64,000 nt of DNA from an uncultured Nitrososphaerota archaeon (GTDB lineage Archaea; Thermoproteota; Nitrososphaeria; Conexivisphaerales; DTJL01): the NCBI GenBank assembly GCA_963842885.1, contig CAWJIE010000003.1, positions 420,253 to 484,252 on the forward strand. The letters run 5' to 3'. Positions within the stretch are counted from its first letter, which is position 1. Each line of letters starts with the position of its first letter. This document shows positions 52,801 to 63,137 of this stretch, piece by piece. Below the pieces are notes generated by a model. The model was not told the origin of the DNA and made no database searches. It saw only the letters and a list, made by a program, of their open reading frames with translations. Made by a program: the position numbers and the translations under genes.

Positions 52801-55152
52801 CTAGGCTCCCTCGGGCCCTCCCTTCCGTCCAAGGGCCTCAATCAGGCGTTCGGGCGTCACCGGAAGCTCGTAGAACCTCAGGCCCACGGCGTTGTGGATG
52901 GCGTTGACCACGGCGGCGGCCACCGGGTTGTAGGAACCCTCGCCTAACCCCTTGGCGCCGAAGGGCCCCGTGGGCTCGTAGGTGTGCGCGAAGAACGACT
53001 GGAAGTCCCCGACGCTGGGGAGGTCGGGCGCCGTAGGCAGCTTGTAGTCCGTCAGCATCCCCCTGTTCATGAAATCTCCCGTGCGCTCGTCATACGGAGT
53101 GTCCTCCAGGATGGCCATGCTCCAGCCCATGGCGAAGCCCCCCTGCAGCTGCCCCTCGGCCATCTGGGGGTTGATCACGGTCCCTACGTCCGCGGCAGCC
53201 ACGACCTTCAAGGGTCGGACCTCCCCCGTCTCTGTGTCCACCTCCACCTTCACGAAGTATGTCACGAAGTGAGGGGGGCCAGAGGTGGGCCTGTAGCTGT
53301 CGATGGCCGCCACCGTGCCCCAGTTCTTCTGCCGTGCATAGGAGGTGACTTCGCCGACCGTGGCCCTCTTGTGTGGGAGCGACTCGGCCAGGATCACACC
53401 CTGACCCAGCTCTTCGTCGGGGATTATCTTCAGTGCACTCTGGTTGACCTCCAACATCTTCGAAGCGTAGGCCAGGAGCTTCTCCCTCGCCTGGAGCGCC
53501 ACCTTGAGGACAGCTCCGCCGCCAGCGTACACGCCGCGAGAGGCGTGCGTGGCGACGTCATAGATGGTCGTCTGAGAGTCGCTCTGCACGATGGTTACGT
53601 TGTCTAGGGGCACGCCCAGGGCCTCAGCGGCGATCTTGGCAAGCGCCCTGTACGTCCCCCCGCCGTGGTCCACCAGCGCCGTCACTACGTCCACCGTGCC
53701 ATCCTCGTTTATCTTGACCATGGCACCGGAGTAGTCTATGACTGCGCCGGAGATGGGCGACCCTGCGCTGGAGGTGTGGAAACCCCTCGCCATGCCGATT
53801 CCTTCCCTGAGGACTCCCCCCTTCGACTCCGGCGCTCCCCTGTCCTTCCACCCGATCATTTCGGCGCCCTTCACGAGCATCTCCTCTACTCCGCAGCTCT
53901 GTATGATCGTCTTGACGGTTATTCCCTGCCCGTAGAAGACATCTCCCTTGCCGACGTAGTTCTTCAGCTTGAGATCCAGCGGGTCCATGCCCAGCTTGTC
54001 CGCCAGCTCGTCCATGAACGTCTCCACCATCCACGACGTCTGGGGGTTTCCGTAGCCCCTCATGGCGCACGACGGGACCTTGTTGGTGTACACCGCCCGG
54101 CCGTCGTACCTGAAGTTCCTCCACTTGTAGTAGGAGGCCCACCAGCCGAAGACGGTGCTCAGGAGAGGATACGCCTGGACCTGATGGGCCCCTATGTCCA
54201 TGATCATCTCCAGCGTCGAGGCCGTGAGCGTGCCATCCTTCTTGGCGCCCACCTTGAGCTTGAAGTTCATCGAGAAGGAGGCGTGGTCGCGCATGTCCTC
54301 CTCCCTTGTGTACACGATTTTGACGGGCCTCCTGGCCTTGATCGCCACCGCGACCGCGATGGGCACGAGGATGTTCGTGTGGATGCTGGAGCCGAAGCTG
54401 CCTCCCAGAGAGGGCTTCTTCACGTTGATCTTGTTCATGGGGATGCCGAAGATCTCGTGAATCAGGATTCTGGTGTTGTGGATGGTCTGGGTGGTGGCCC
54501 AGATGGTGAAAATACCGCTCGACTCGGGGATGACGAGCGCCGCCTTGGTTTCGAGCTGAGAATGATACCTCCTGCTGGACCGATACTCCCTTTCAAGGAT
54601 GACGTCAGCCTGGGAGAAACCTTCCTCCGGGTCGCCGTTCTCGACCTTCATCGCGCAGGCGACGTTCCTTTCGATGGTCAGAGGCCTGTCCGCCAACAGT
54701 ATCTTCTCATGCACCAGACGCTTGCCCGACAGGGCCTCCTCCGTGTCCATCACCGGCTTCAGCACTTCGTAATCTATCTTGATCAGCTCGGCGGCCCGCT
54801 GGGCCGCCTCCTCCGACTCCGCTGCGACGACGGCGATGGGCTCGCCGACGTAGTTGGGCTCGTCGGTCAGGACCCTCCAGTCCTTATACGTCGTCTCGTC
54901 CGTGCTGGCAAGGCGGGGGTTGAACTGCTTCCGCGGCACGTCCTTGTAGGTCAGACACAGGGCCCCTGCCTTCTCGGCCTCCGACGTGTCTATGGACCTC
55001 ACCTTGGCCCTGGGGTATGAGCTCCTGACGATTCGCCCGTACAACATGTAAGGAGCTCTCATGTCGGCCGCGAACCCGCTGCTCCCCAGTGCCTTGGGGA
55101 CGGAGTCGAGCGCCCCGACATCCTTCCCAATCACATGAAAGGGCTCCGTCAT
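52801..55152 (-). CDS. Molybdenum hydroxylase large (molybdopterin-binding) subunit, set 3
   Basis: The start is taken at MTEPFHVIGKDV (internal Met of ORF 52801..55419), preceded by a TATA-like atatattatt about 30 nt upstream. Motifs: SLGGSFGSS, HSQLETKAA and GPFGAKGLGE. Confidence 0.88.
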   Translation of the reverse strand: MTEPFHVIGKDVGALDSVPKALGSSGFAADMRAPYMLYGRIVRSSYPRAKVRSIDTSEAEKAGALCLTYKDVPRKQFNPRLASTDETTYKDWRVLTDEPNYVGEPIAVVAAESEEAAQRAAELIKIDYEVLKPVMDTEEALSGKRLVHEKILLADRPLTIERNVACAMKVENGDPEEGFSQADVILEREYRSSRRYHSQLETKAALVIPESSGIFTIWATTQTIHNTRILIHEIFGIPMNKINVKKPSLGGSFGSSIHTNILVPIAVAVAIKARRPVKIVYTREEDMRDHASFSMNFKLKVGAKKDGTLTASTLEMIMDIGAHQVQAYPLLSTVFGWWASYYKWRNFRYDGRAVYTNKVPSCAMRGYGNPQTSWMVETFMDELADKLGMDPLDLKLKNYVGKGDVFYGQGITVKTIIQSCGVEEMLVKGAEMIGWKDRGAPESKGGVLREGIGMARGFHTSSAGSPISGAVIDYSGAMVKINEDGTVDVVTALVDHGGGTYRALAKIAAEALGVPLDNVTIVQSDSQTTIYDVATHASRGVYAGGGAVLKVALQAREKLLAYASKMLEVNQSALKIIPDEELGQGVILAESLPHKRATVGEVTSYARQKNWGTVAAIDSYRPTSGPPHFVTYFVKVEVDTETGEVRPLKVVAAADVGTVINPQMAEGQLQGGFAMGWSMAILEDTPYDERTGDFMNRGMLTDYKLPTAPDLPSVGDFQSFFAHTYEPTGPFGAKGLGEGSYNPVAAAVVNAIHNAVGLRFYELPVTPERLIEALGRKGGPEGA

Positions 55153-55448
55153 TTGCGGGACTGAGTTGTCCTTCGAATAATATATACATTTGAAACGCTT
55201 GAGAGCCTTCGGTCCGCGGAGATACTGGACCTGAACAAAGGTGATGATTAATAGTCGGCTTCTCAAGAGACGGACAGGGATGCTATGCAGATAACAATCC
55301 AAAGGAGGTATCTCAAATACGTTGAAGCTTTGCTCGAAACGGGAATACTGACGGAGAACAATGGACTGGCCAAACCACTTAAGCAAACTCTGCGGTCTTC
55401 TCTTTGGAGAAAACAACACGATCTACGCGAATCTCGAAGGCGGCTCTC

Positions 55449-56936
55449 ATGAGTAGCCGCTACCAGGTGGGACTGCGGAGGAGAACGAAGATAGTCTGCA
55501 CGATCGGTCCGGCTTCGAATACAGCCGCTACGATAGAGAGGCTCGTCAGGGCTGGGATGGACTGCGCCAGGCTGAACTTCTCACACGGAACGCCTGACGA
55601 ACACTTTGAGGTCATCGAGAAAGTAAGGAAGGCGTCCCAGGTGACTGGGAGACGGGTTGCTGTGATGCAGGATCTGCCTGGGCCGAAACTGAGGGTGGGG
55701 AAGTTAAGAGGAGGCTCCATGCAAATCGCGAAGGGATCGACGGTCTTTTTGACCACCAAGCCGGCGTCAGGCGGCATCTCGACGATACCGATTCGGTCGA
55801 AGAATCTGCCGAGGTATGTGAAGGTGGATGGCACAATCTTCCTCTCCGACGGTTCCATCAAGCTCAAGATTCTGGACACCACGGAGACGGATATCAGGTG
55901 CAGGTGCGAAATAGGGGGAACTCTCCTCTCGGGAAAGGGCGTCAACATCCCAGATCTGAAGCATGGTCTCAAGACGTTCACGGAGCGTGACAGGAGGTAT
56001 CTGGCCCTCGGCCTTGAGCATGGGGTCGACCTTGTAGCTGTCTCCTTCGTTAGGACGGCCAGCGACATCGAGGAAGTGAGGGAATTCATCAGGAAGAAGA
56101 GGAGTGAACCCATGATCGTGGCCAAGATAGAGAAGAAGGAGGCTGTGGATAACATGGACCGGATTATTGAAGCAACGGATGCGGTGATGGTCGCGAGGGG
56201 AGACATGGGCGTAGAGAACCCGATCGAGGAAGTCCCGGAACTACAGAAGTCGATAATCTCGAAGTGCAGGTCGAAGGGCGTGCCGGTAATCACCGCTACC
56301 CAAATGCTCGAGTCGATGGTTGACAACGCGAGCCCCACCAGAGCAGAGGTCACGGACGTGGCGAACGCAATTCTGGATGGTACAGATGCAGTGATGCTGT
56401 CAGAAGAGACGGCTGTCGGAAAGTATCCTGTAGAATGTGTAGAAGTCCTGAACAGGGTGGCTCTCAAAGCGGAAGAGATGATGCTTGATGGTGAGAAGAC
56501 CGGAAGGTTGGGCAGCCCTCGACGTGAGAGTCCTGCTGATGCCCTGAGCGAGGCTGCCTACCAGATCTCGCAGGACATAGGCGCAAGTGTCATCGCGGTT
56601 CAATCTGAAACCGGAGCCGTTCTCCCAAGGATCTCCAGATTCCGCCCGAGAGCACCGATATTCTTCGCCTCGGAGAGCGAAGCGAAACTGAGAAGATCTA
56701 AGATGATCTGGGGCGTCTATCAGGTCGAGCCCGGAGAAACAAGAGGCTTCGAGTCATCGGTTGAGTTGGTGCAACGCCTCGCGAAGGACAAGTTCGTAAG
56801 ACGAGGCGACAGTGTTGTGGTAATCCGTGAGACCGCTGAGCCAGCGAAAGAACCAGGGTTTTCATTATCCGTTTCGATCGTCGGCGAGGGGAAGAAGCAA
56901 GACTCGGGGGAAGTCTCTCCGCGATCATCGGTCTAA
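55449..56936 (+). CDS. pyk: Pyruvate kinase
   Basis: RRTKIVCTIGPAS, NFSHG, MVARGDMGVE and ATQMLESM motifs are present. The start is either 55449 (MSSRYQ) or the ORF-track start at 55404. Confidence 0.9.
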   Translation: MSSRYQVGLRRRTKIVCTIGPASNTAATIERLVRAGMDCARLNFSHGTPDEHFEVIEKVRKASQVTGRRVAVMQDLPGPKLRVGKLRGGSMQIAKGSTVFLTTKPASGGISTIPIRSKNLPRYVKVDGTIFLSDGSIKLKILDTTETDIRCRCEIGGTLLSGKGVNIPDLKHGLKTFTERDRRYLALGLEHGVDLVAVSFVRTASDIEEVREFIRKKRSEPMIVAKIEKKEAVDNMDRIIEATDAVMVARGDMGVENPIEEVPELQKSIISKCRSKGVPVITATQMLESMVDNASPTRAEVTDVANAILDGTDAVMLSEETAVGKYPVECVEVLNRVALKAEEMMLDGEKTGRLGSPRRESPADALSEAAYQISQDIGASVIAVQSETGAVLPRISRFRPRAPIFFASESEAKLRRSKMIWGVYQVEPGETRGFESSVELVQRLAKDKFVRRGDSVVVIRETAEPAKEPGFSLSVSIVGEGKKQDSGEVSPRSSV

Positions 56937-57180
56937 ATCAATGAATTCTATGTATGCCTTTCTCGTGTGCTAATTCAGTTGGGCCTCCGAACCGAAGGTC
57001 GCTCCACAAGGCGCACAATAATGGAAAAGACAATCTCCAAAGAATCCGGGTCGCAATCGTAAAGGCTATGAAGAGCTGGGCCGCGGTGCCCCCAAGTCTA
57101 AGGAATCAAGCCCGCGGTTCTCAGGAGGCCTTCGTGACGAACTCAGAGGTTCCGGCCCACAGCACGTCATAGTCGATCAA

Positions 57181-59589
57181 TTATGATGTCTTTGGACTCT
57201 CGATTGGGACCTGGTCATGCTTACCTTTGGATTGCCTCGGCAACACGACCTTCCAAAGGACGATTCCCACCGCCACTAGGATGATAGCTATCAGAATGGA
57301 CGTGTTGATCCAATCTATCGAGAAGCTTGCCTGCAGGCTCTCGGGCGAGTTCACTGCTATGCTGACTCCAGTCTGGCCTGAAGATGTCGCTCCCGACCAC
57401 CCGTCAAATTTGAACAGGAAGAGCTCAGGGCTGGCTGTAAGCTGGACTGTTGACCCCAAGGGCACGAATAGTGTCTTATTGGTCGAGCTTTCAACTCTGC
57501 CAGTGAGCGAGGATGAGCCATAGGAGACGCTTCCGAAGCTCGAAGTGTCAACTGAGAGACCAGGATAGAACACAGCGCTCTCGATAATTGGATTCTGGAC
57601 CGTAATGGTATACGGATTGCTCGTTCCGTCATAAGAGCCGACTCCCGAAGCGTTCCAAACCACGAACTGCCACCCCTCGTTTGGATTCGCAGAAAGCTGA
57701 ATCTGTTCGCTGGAATTGTACCAGTCAGTCTGAGGAGACACCAACCCGCTCTGCTCAGGATTGAGGAGGATTTGAACGTAATACTGATGATAATAGAGGG
57801 GAGACAAGACGACGGCCGAGCTCACCGAACCTGTGGTTGCCTGTGCCAGGACCGACCATCTCTCGTTCGAAGAAGCATAGGCAGCTCCGTCGTAGCTGAA
57901 AGACGTACCTGCGTCAAGCCAATTGGGACTGGGGGTTGCGGCTATCGGAGAAGCGGCTGACACTCCGAAAGCGGTTCCAGACAACACCGGAGAATTGGGG
58001 CTCCCGCCACCCATGACGACATATCCTACGGAGATGGCGAATTGGTGATAGTACATCACAGAGAATGAGGCACTGGATCCAACCACGCCTGTCGCGGACT
58101 GAGTGGCCCACCGTTCGTTTCCGGACGATCCCGGCAACGGATTCTGAAAGGAATACGATGAGCCAGCGTCCACGAAGACCGAAGAACCGAGTGTAATGTA
58201 CGCAGGCGACCCGAACTCGCTGACGCTCACGCTTGGCTGCGAGTAACCGGTGCCACCGTTCGCGACGCCATAGAGGAAGGATGCGCGAAACTGGTGGAAA
58301 TACACGAAGCTCAACCTCATGCCATTAGTGGGAGTGCCACTGGTCTGCTGTTGCGTGTCCCAAATCTCGTTCGAGGTTGAGCCGGACAGCACGCCGTCCG
58401 CGCTCCACGAAGACCCGCTGTCCAGGTAGATGGTGCTAGGAGCAGTGGAAAGCTGGATGCTGTACCGAATACCGCCGAAAGTGTATGTGAAGGATGGTGG
58501 AGAATATCCACTTCCACCGCCTTGAACCGAATAGCTCACGGTAACCCTGTCAAGGTTGTATCCTCCTGTGATGAACAGATACGCGTCCGAAGCCTCCGTG
58601 GCGCCGTTGGAAGAGAAAAACTGCAACGTGTTCGGATTAGTGTAAGAAACGACGCCCGTGGAGACCGAGAACAACACCTGGCTAGTGCCCGGCACATATT
58701 CATCTATCCACATCCAGGCTGAAGATTTCGCTATGTCGTTTTCCCAATACGTCACAGTTGCCTCTCCTCCATAGTAAGCAGAGGAATGGTACCATTCCGT
58801 CATGAGCCCAGTGAAGAAACCTTTGCTACTGGAAAACGATGAAGCGAGACCTACGAAAGAGGAAGAGCCCTCCTGGCTGAACGTCTGTTCGGCGCCTGCC
58901 CCCGTGCTGTAGTCATGTGCCAGCATCACTACGTTGCCGCCGGAGAAATACAAGTTAAGGAGGACCGTATCCCCCTGGTTGACGGTCCCTGAGAAGGATT
59001 GTACTCCACCTCCTCCACTTGCTGGGTAGATTGAATGGCCACTTGAGTCAAAGACTTCGTAGAGCATCTTGAAGCCCGAGGTGTCGGGCCAATTCCACGT
59101 GAGGCCCACCTGATACCAGTATCCCTGGTCGGTAAGGCCATTCAGCAGATAGCCTGGGCCGTACCCATCGCTGTCCACCTGAGCCACGGCGGTGACGTTG
59201 TAGGCCATGCTTGTGAAGCTCTGGGTGAAAGTCAATCCCAGCTGTTCGTCGTAGGTCGGGGATGGATCGTCAAGTGGGTGATTTGGGCTGATTGCAGGTG
59301 GCAGCTCCAATCCAGCGAACCGATAGCCTTGTTGTTGGTCCGAGACGGAATTGGGGCTGACGGGTGCCAATATCGTGGGACGGCACAGCGAGCAAGAGTA
59401 AGAACCGGCTGATCCCGGTGCCGTTGAAATTTCAGCCCCCGTTGCGGAGGGATTCATTACAGAGGGAGTTGCTCCAATGGCGGCCCCATGAGGTGCTGCC
59501 CAGCCAAGAGCGACCAGCATTACGACTACCAGAACGCAGGCAGGTAACCTCTTGCTAATCCGCCTGATCAGGCAGCCATGGACCTTCAT
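57181..59589 (-). CDS. Secreted, C-terminally anchored surface protein: thermopsin-like / beta-sandwich peptidase-like N-terminal domain plus repeated modules
   Basis: The start is taken at MKVHGCLIRRISKRLPACVLVVVMLVALG (signal-like). The N-terminal domain (YLLNGLTDQGYWYQVGLTWNW...MLYEVFDSSG...GDTVLLNLYFSGGNVVMLAHDYSTG) tentatively resembles thermopsin or glutamic-peptidase folds. After it come 5-6 modules of the same type as in 23976..25973 (...W.D.GS.WS...GS..ERW...YYHQ[YF]), an InlB-B-repeat-like module and a C-terminal TM helix. Confidence 0.65.
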   Translation of the reverse strand: MKVHGCLIRRISKRLPACVLVVVMLVALGWAAPHGAAIGATPSVMNPSATGAEISTAPGSAGSYSCSLCRPTILAPVSPNSVSDQQQGYRFAGLELPPAISPNHPLDDPSPTYDEQLGLTFTQSFTSMAYNVTAVAQVDSDGYGPGYLLNGLTDQGYWYQVGLTWNWPDTSGFKMLYEVFDSSGHSIYPASGGGGVQSFSGTVNQGDTVLLNLYFSGGNVVMLAHDYSTGAGAEQTFSQEGSSSFVGLASSFSSSKGFFTGLMTEWYHSSAYYGGEATVTYWENDIAKSSAWMWIDEYVPGTSQVLFSVSTGVVSYTNPNTLQFFSSNGATEASDAYLFITGGYNLDRVTVSYSVQGGGSGYSPPSFTYTFGGIRYSIQLSTAPSTIYLDSGSSWSADGVLSGSTSNEIWDTQQQTSGTPTNGMRLSFVYFHQFRASFLYGVANGGTGYSQPSVSVSEFGSPAYITLGSSVFVDAGSSYSFQNPLPGSSGNERWATQSATGVVGSSASFSVMYYHQFAISVGYVVMGGGSPNSPVLSGTAFGVSAASPIAATPSPNWLDAGTSFSYDGAAYASSNERWSVLAQATTGSVSSAVVLSPLYYHQYYVQILLNPEQSGLVSPQTDWYNSSEQIQLSANPNEGWQFVVWNASGVGSYDGTSNPYTITVQNPIIESAVFYPGLSVDTSSFGSVSYGSSSLTGRVESSTNKTLFVPLGSTVQLTASPELFLFKFDGWSGATSSGQTGVSIAVNSPESLQASFSIDWINTSILIAIILVAVGIVLWKVVLPRQSKGKHDQVPIESPKTS

Positions 59590-59781
59590 CAAACCTGGTT
59601 CCAGCCCTCTCACAAATCGGCCGCAGACTGACTGCAAGTGACGCATGAATAGCCGGCGGCTTCCGGGCGCTGAAGGCCCGACAAGTGGGAATCCCTTGCG
59701 AGAAGCGAGCCGAACATGGAGTTCCTTATGAGCCTCGTGAAACACGTGCTAATAGACCCCCGGGTAGAAGGGAACATAGTT

Positions 59782-61017
59782 TCAAAGGCCCTTGACACTT
59801 TGATCGGCGGCGTACTTTATCTGCCGCTCAAGCATAGGCGGAAGGCCGGGCACCTTGACTTCTAGGAAGCCCCTGACTAGCACTGACACAGCCTCGTCCC
59901 TCCTCAGGCCCTTTGACATCAGGTAGAAGATCTCTTCTTCGGCCAGCTTCCCTACGGCTGCCTCATGCGTCAACTCTACGTCGCTTGCTGTGGAGTCGAG
60001 CTCCGGGACCGCCGTTATCCTAGAGGTGTCGCTCAGCATCAGCCCACGGCATTCGATGTGGCCCTTGCTGCCGCTGGACCTGGCATGGATTCTGGCCCTC
60101 GCCACGATCCTGGAGTGGTCCTTCGAAATGCACTTCGAAATGATCTCGGCCTTCGATTCCTTGCCCGTCATCAACACTGAAGAGCCCAAGTCTATGTCGG
60201 CGGAGGCCTTCCCCACGACGAGCGACGACAGAAAGGCCCTCGCTTTGTCCCCTTTGAGATGCACCGAAGGGTACATCTGGATGCTGGCGAGACCTTTGGA
60301 GCTCAGATTGATGTAGCTGCTTATGAAGGCGCCCCCGTCTTCGACCACGGCGGCCGTCCTGGGACGGACGTTCGTCGTAGGGGCCCAGTCATGTATCATC
60401 GTGAAGGTGACCGTTGCCCCCTTCTTGACGTAGAATTCAGTTATCCCGACGTGTAGACCCACCGCTTCGGGCACTATCCCACAGCCGGTCACGACGTGAA
60501 CGGTCGACCCCTCCTCCGCCACCACTACGTTGTGGGGGGCCTGGAAGGAAATGGGGGACTTGATGAAGAGGCACGTCTGCACAGGGAGCTCCACCACCTG
60601 CCCCGGCTTCGTAAGTATGACGTAGCCCGCCTTGCCGAAGAGCTTAGCTGACGCTGTGAACTTGTCCTGCCCCACATCGATCAGTTTCCAGTAGTAGTCC
60701 TGGACGAAGTGCTCGTCCTGCAGCGCCTCCTCCAAGGTGAGGAGTTCGAGATTCGGATACAGCTTCTTCCTGTAGATGACCGAATTATCAAACTGGACGT
60801 ACGTCCCCGCCTTGGACTGCTCATTGGAGTCGATTCCGATGCCGTTCAACTGTCTCAGTGTGCCATCGGGCAGGTCCTCCATCCTTTCGATCTTCTCGGA
60901 GGTCTCAGTCGGGCCCACGTATTTCCGTACGTCGACGTAAGAGCCGAACGCGGGCTCTACAGCCAATGACCCCTTGGCTCGCGTATTCAGTTCGTCTGTC
61001 CGGCGAAGCTCGCTCAT
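59782..61017 (-). CDS. sufB: Fe-S cluster assembly scaffold SufB (SufBD family)
   Basis: 411 aa. GHIECRGLMLSD.SRITAVPEL......VELTHEAAVGKLAEEEIFYLMSKGLRRDEAVSVLVRGF is the SufB/SufD beta-helix C-terminal signature. It overlaps sufC by 4 nt. Confidence 0.85.
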   Translation of the reverse strand: MSELRRTDELNTRAKGSLAVEPAFGSYVDVRKYVGPTETSEKIERMEDLPDGTLRQLNGIGIDSNEQSKAGTYVQFDNSVIYRKKLYPNLELLTLEEALQDEHFVQDYYWKLIDVGQDKFTASAKLFGKAGYVILTKPGQVVELPVQTCLFIKSPISFQAPHNVVVAEEGSTVHVVTGCGIVPEAVGLHVGITEFYVKKGATVTFTMIHDWAPTTNVRPRTAAVVEDGGAFISSYINLSSKGLASIQMYPSVHLKGDKARAFLSSLVVGKASADIDLGSSVLMTGKESKAEIISKCISKDHSRIVARARIHARSSGSKGHIECRGLMLSDTSRITAVPELDSTASDVELTHEAAVGKLAEEEIFYLMSKGLRRDEAVSVLVRGFLEVKVPGLPPMLERQIKYAADQSVKGL

Positions 61018-61811
61018 CCGAGGTCAGCTCCTCCTTCCTTGGCAGGCTCTCCGGCCGCCGGCTGCCGTCTTCCGTAGCACTGGACGCACCAGTCGAAGCC
61101 GTGCTTCATGACGTCGTTCACCAGGCCCTCCGTTTCTCCATAGCAGATTATCTTTCCGCTTTGCATCAGGTAGGTCCTCTGGGCCAATACGTATCTTGAT
61201 ATGTGTCCCGTATGCGTCACTATCAGCGCCGAAGGTCTTTCGCCCGCGTTTCCAGGACCGGGGCCTATGAGTTCGTTGATGGCTCCGCCCACAGTGGCCA
61301 TATTCTCCACATCCACGCCCGAATCTGGCTCATCTATCAACGAGAGAGTGGGCCTCTGGAGCAGGAGGAAGAAGAGCTCCGCCCGCTTTATCTCGCCACC
61401 ACTGAAGCCGACGTGAATGTCCCTGTCGAGGAAGCCGCTGAGGCTCAGGAGAGAAGCTGCCTTCTCCACGTTTGCCTGGCCACCCTGGGTATGTTGGAGC
61501 CTATTGGCCAAGCTTCGTAACGTGACGCCTCTTATCCTGGGTGGGAACTGGAAGGACACGCCCAGACCAAGCAACGCCCTTTCCTCGGTCGGCAACGATG
61601 TTACGTCTTTCCCATTGAAACGGATGGTCCCACTCTTTACCTTGTAGTTCGGATGTCCCAGTATAGAAAGGATCAGAGATGACTTCCCGGAGCCGTTGGG
61701 TCCCATCAGCAAGGCCGTCTCCCCGAAGCCTATCGACAGTGACAGGTCGTTGAGGACCCTCTTGCCCTCGACGTCTACTGTGAGGCCACTTACGTCTAGC
61801 AACATCGGCAT
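61014..61811 (-). CDS. sufC: Fe-S cluster assembly ATPase SufC
   Basis: 265 aa. Walker A GPNGSGKSSL, the ABC signature FSGGEIKRAEL and Walker B LSLIDEPDSGVD are present, with a short Cys-containing C-terminal extension. Confidence 0.92.
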   Translation of the reverse strand: MPMLLDVSGLTVDVEGKRVLNDLSLSIGFGETALLMGPNGSGKSSLILSILGHPNYKVKSGTIRFNGKDVTSLPTEERALLGLGVSFQFPPRIRGVTLRSLANRLQHTQGGQANVEKAASLLSLSGFLDRDIHVGFSGGEIKRAELFFLLLQRPTLSLIDEPDSGVDVENMATVGGAINELIGPGPGNAGERPSALIVTHTGHISRYVLAQRTYLMQSGKIICYGETEGLVNDVMKHGFDWCVQCYGRRQPAAGEPAKEGGADLG

Positions 61812-62058
61812 GGTGATTGGATGCCCCGATAGTTAATCCTTCTGCGAAGCGAGGGCGGAGGTGAGTAGAGAGCTGGTCAGGTGGGAGCTGCGGAGCTTGG
61901 CTCCACTTTGAAAGGGACGCCATAAGGGCCTCGAAGGCCACGGTCTCCATTTACGGCTGTGATACCGATGCGCTCTCGTCTATGTACGGGCTTCTGGTCA
62001 GGAATGGGACGAACGGGCATGAGGGATACGGCTTTACGAATACACGAGGCAACTATTA

Positions 62059-63137
62059 TGGCAAGACCCAACTTAGCGGCCATCTTCGTACCTTCGGCGG
62101 CCTCGCCCCCTAGACTGCTTGTCGGCCTTCTTCTGCTCGACCTGTGTGCCGTTAAATGTCGTGAGAAGCTCTTACTTTGGACCTTGAAGGAGGGGTTTCA
62201 CTATGTTTACGAGCGCAACGGGAACGGCAGGGAGCGCTACGTCTATTATTGTTCGGCCTGCTCGTGCGTCCTGGGCGTCAGGAAGGAGGTCCAGTCCGTC
62301 GGCGACCTGATGGACGGCCTCGAAGGGAAGTGCCCCGGATGCGGGAACACTTTGGAAGGGTCGATGGAATGCCGCTTCATCAAGGTGGCCGACGAATGGT
62401 CGGACATCGACCTGGCTCCACCTCGCAGGAGCAACGGGGAGCGCGTCGCCTTCCACCGGGCGTCCACGCTCATGCCCTTCTCGCTTGGCTTCCCAAAGCT
62501 CGACCTGCTGGTCCAGCCCTTGGGCCCCGGCAAGCTGCTGATGCTCACAAGCGGCGGCGCGCCCGTCGCAGCGGAGCTGGCGACGCTCAGGGCCCAGCTA
62601 TCATATGAGAGGGGAGGCCTCGATTCGACTTCGGTCTTCGTGGACGGGGGGAACTGCTCCCATCCGTACCTGTTCGCCTCCTTCGCCCGCCAGCATGGAA
62701 TGGACCCGAAGAGGGCTCTGAGGAGGGTCGTGACGTGTAGGGCCTTCACGATGTACCAGTTGGCTGACCTCGTTTCGAACCATTTGATTGATGCCGTAGA
62801 CGAGAACGCGTCGAAGCTCGTAGTCATAGCCGACCTCCTTGGCACATTCAACGAGCCGGGGCTGGACTGGAGGGAGGCCGGACGGCTCCTGGACGCCGTG
62901 AAGGGCGGCCTAGACAGGCTGCTGGCCAGGGACGTACATGTCCTCTGCACTCTCGCCTCTCCCAGTAGGCTAGACAATCTGGTCTTCCCCTGGGCGGACA
63001 AGCTTGTGGAGATGCCCGTCCTGAACGGAACGGTGCGCGCTAGGCTTGTCAGGGGGACCCCGAAGTTCAGGGCGACATGCGATTTCAAGATGGAAGACCT
63101 GCTCAGGTCTGCCTTGGTCAGGGCGGTGGCCCGCTGA
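62059..63137 (+). CDS. Zn-ribbon protein with a RadA/RadB-like RecA-fold core lacking a Walker A lysine
   Basis: The start is taken at MARPN (a TATA-like ctttacgaata lies about 25 nt upstream); the ORF track starts at 61959.
- Zn ribbon: CSACSC...CPGCG
- FPKLDLLVQPLGPGKLLMLTSGGAPVAAELA where GxxGxGKT is expected
- SVFVDGG...FARQHGMDPKRALRRVVTCRAFTMYQL (compare RadA YIDTE..F.PER...GLDP..L..I..ARA)
- KLVVIADLL (Walker B-like). Confidence 0.55.

Noticed and set aside
53665-55020. Long antisense or shadow ORFs opposite well-supported genes. Examples: 53665..55020, 28202..29173, 21768..22640, 62246..63178, 45885..46808, 19247..20275, 7957..8505 and 38288..38875.
   Set aside because: They lie on the opposite strand or in an alternative frame of genes with clear family signatures. 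They are Arg/Gly/Pro-rich, as expected for out-of-frame translation of GC-rich DNA, and contain no motifs. Long stop-free shadows are normal at this base composition.
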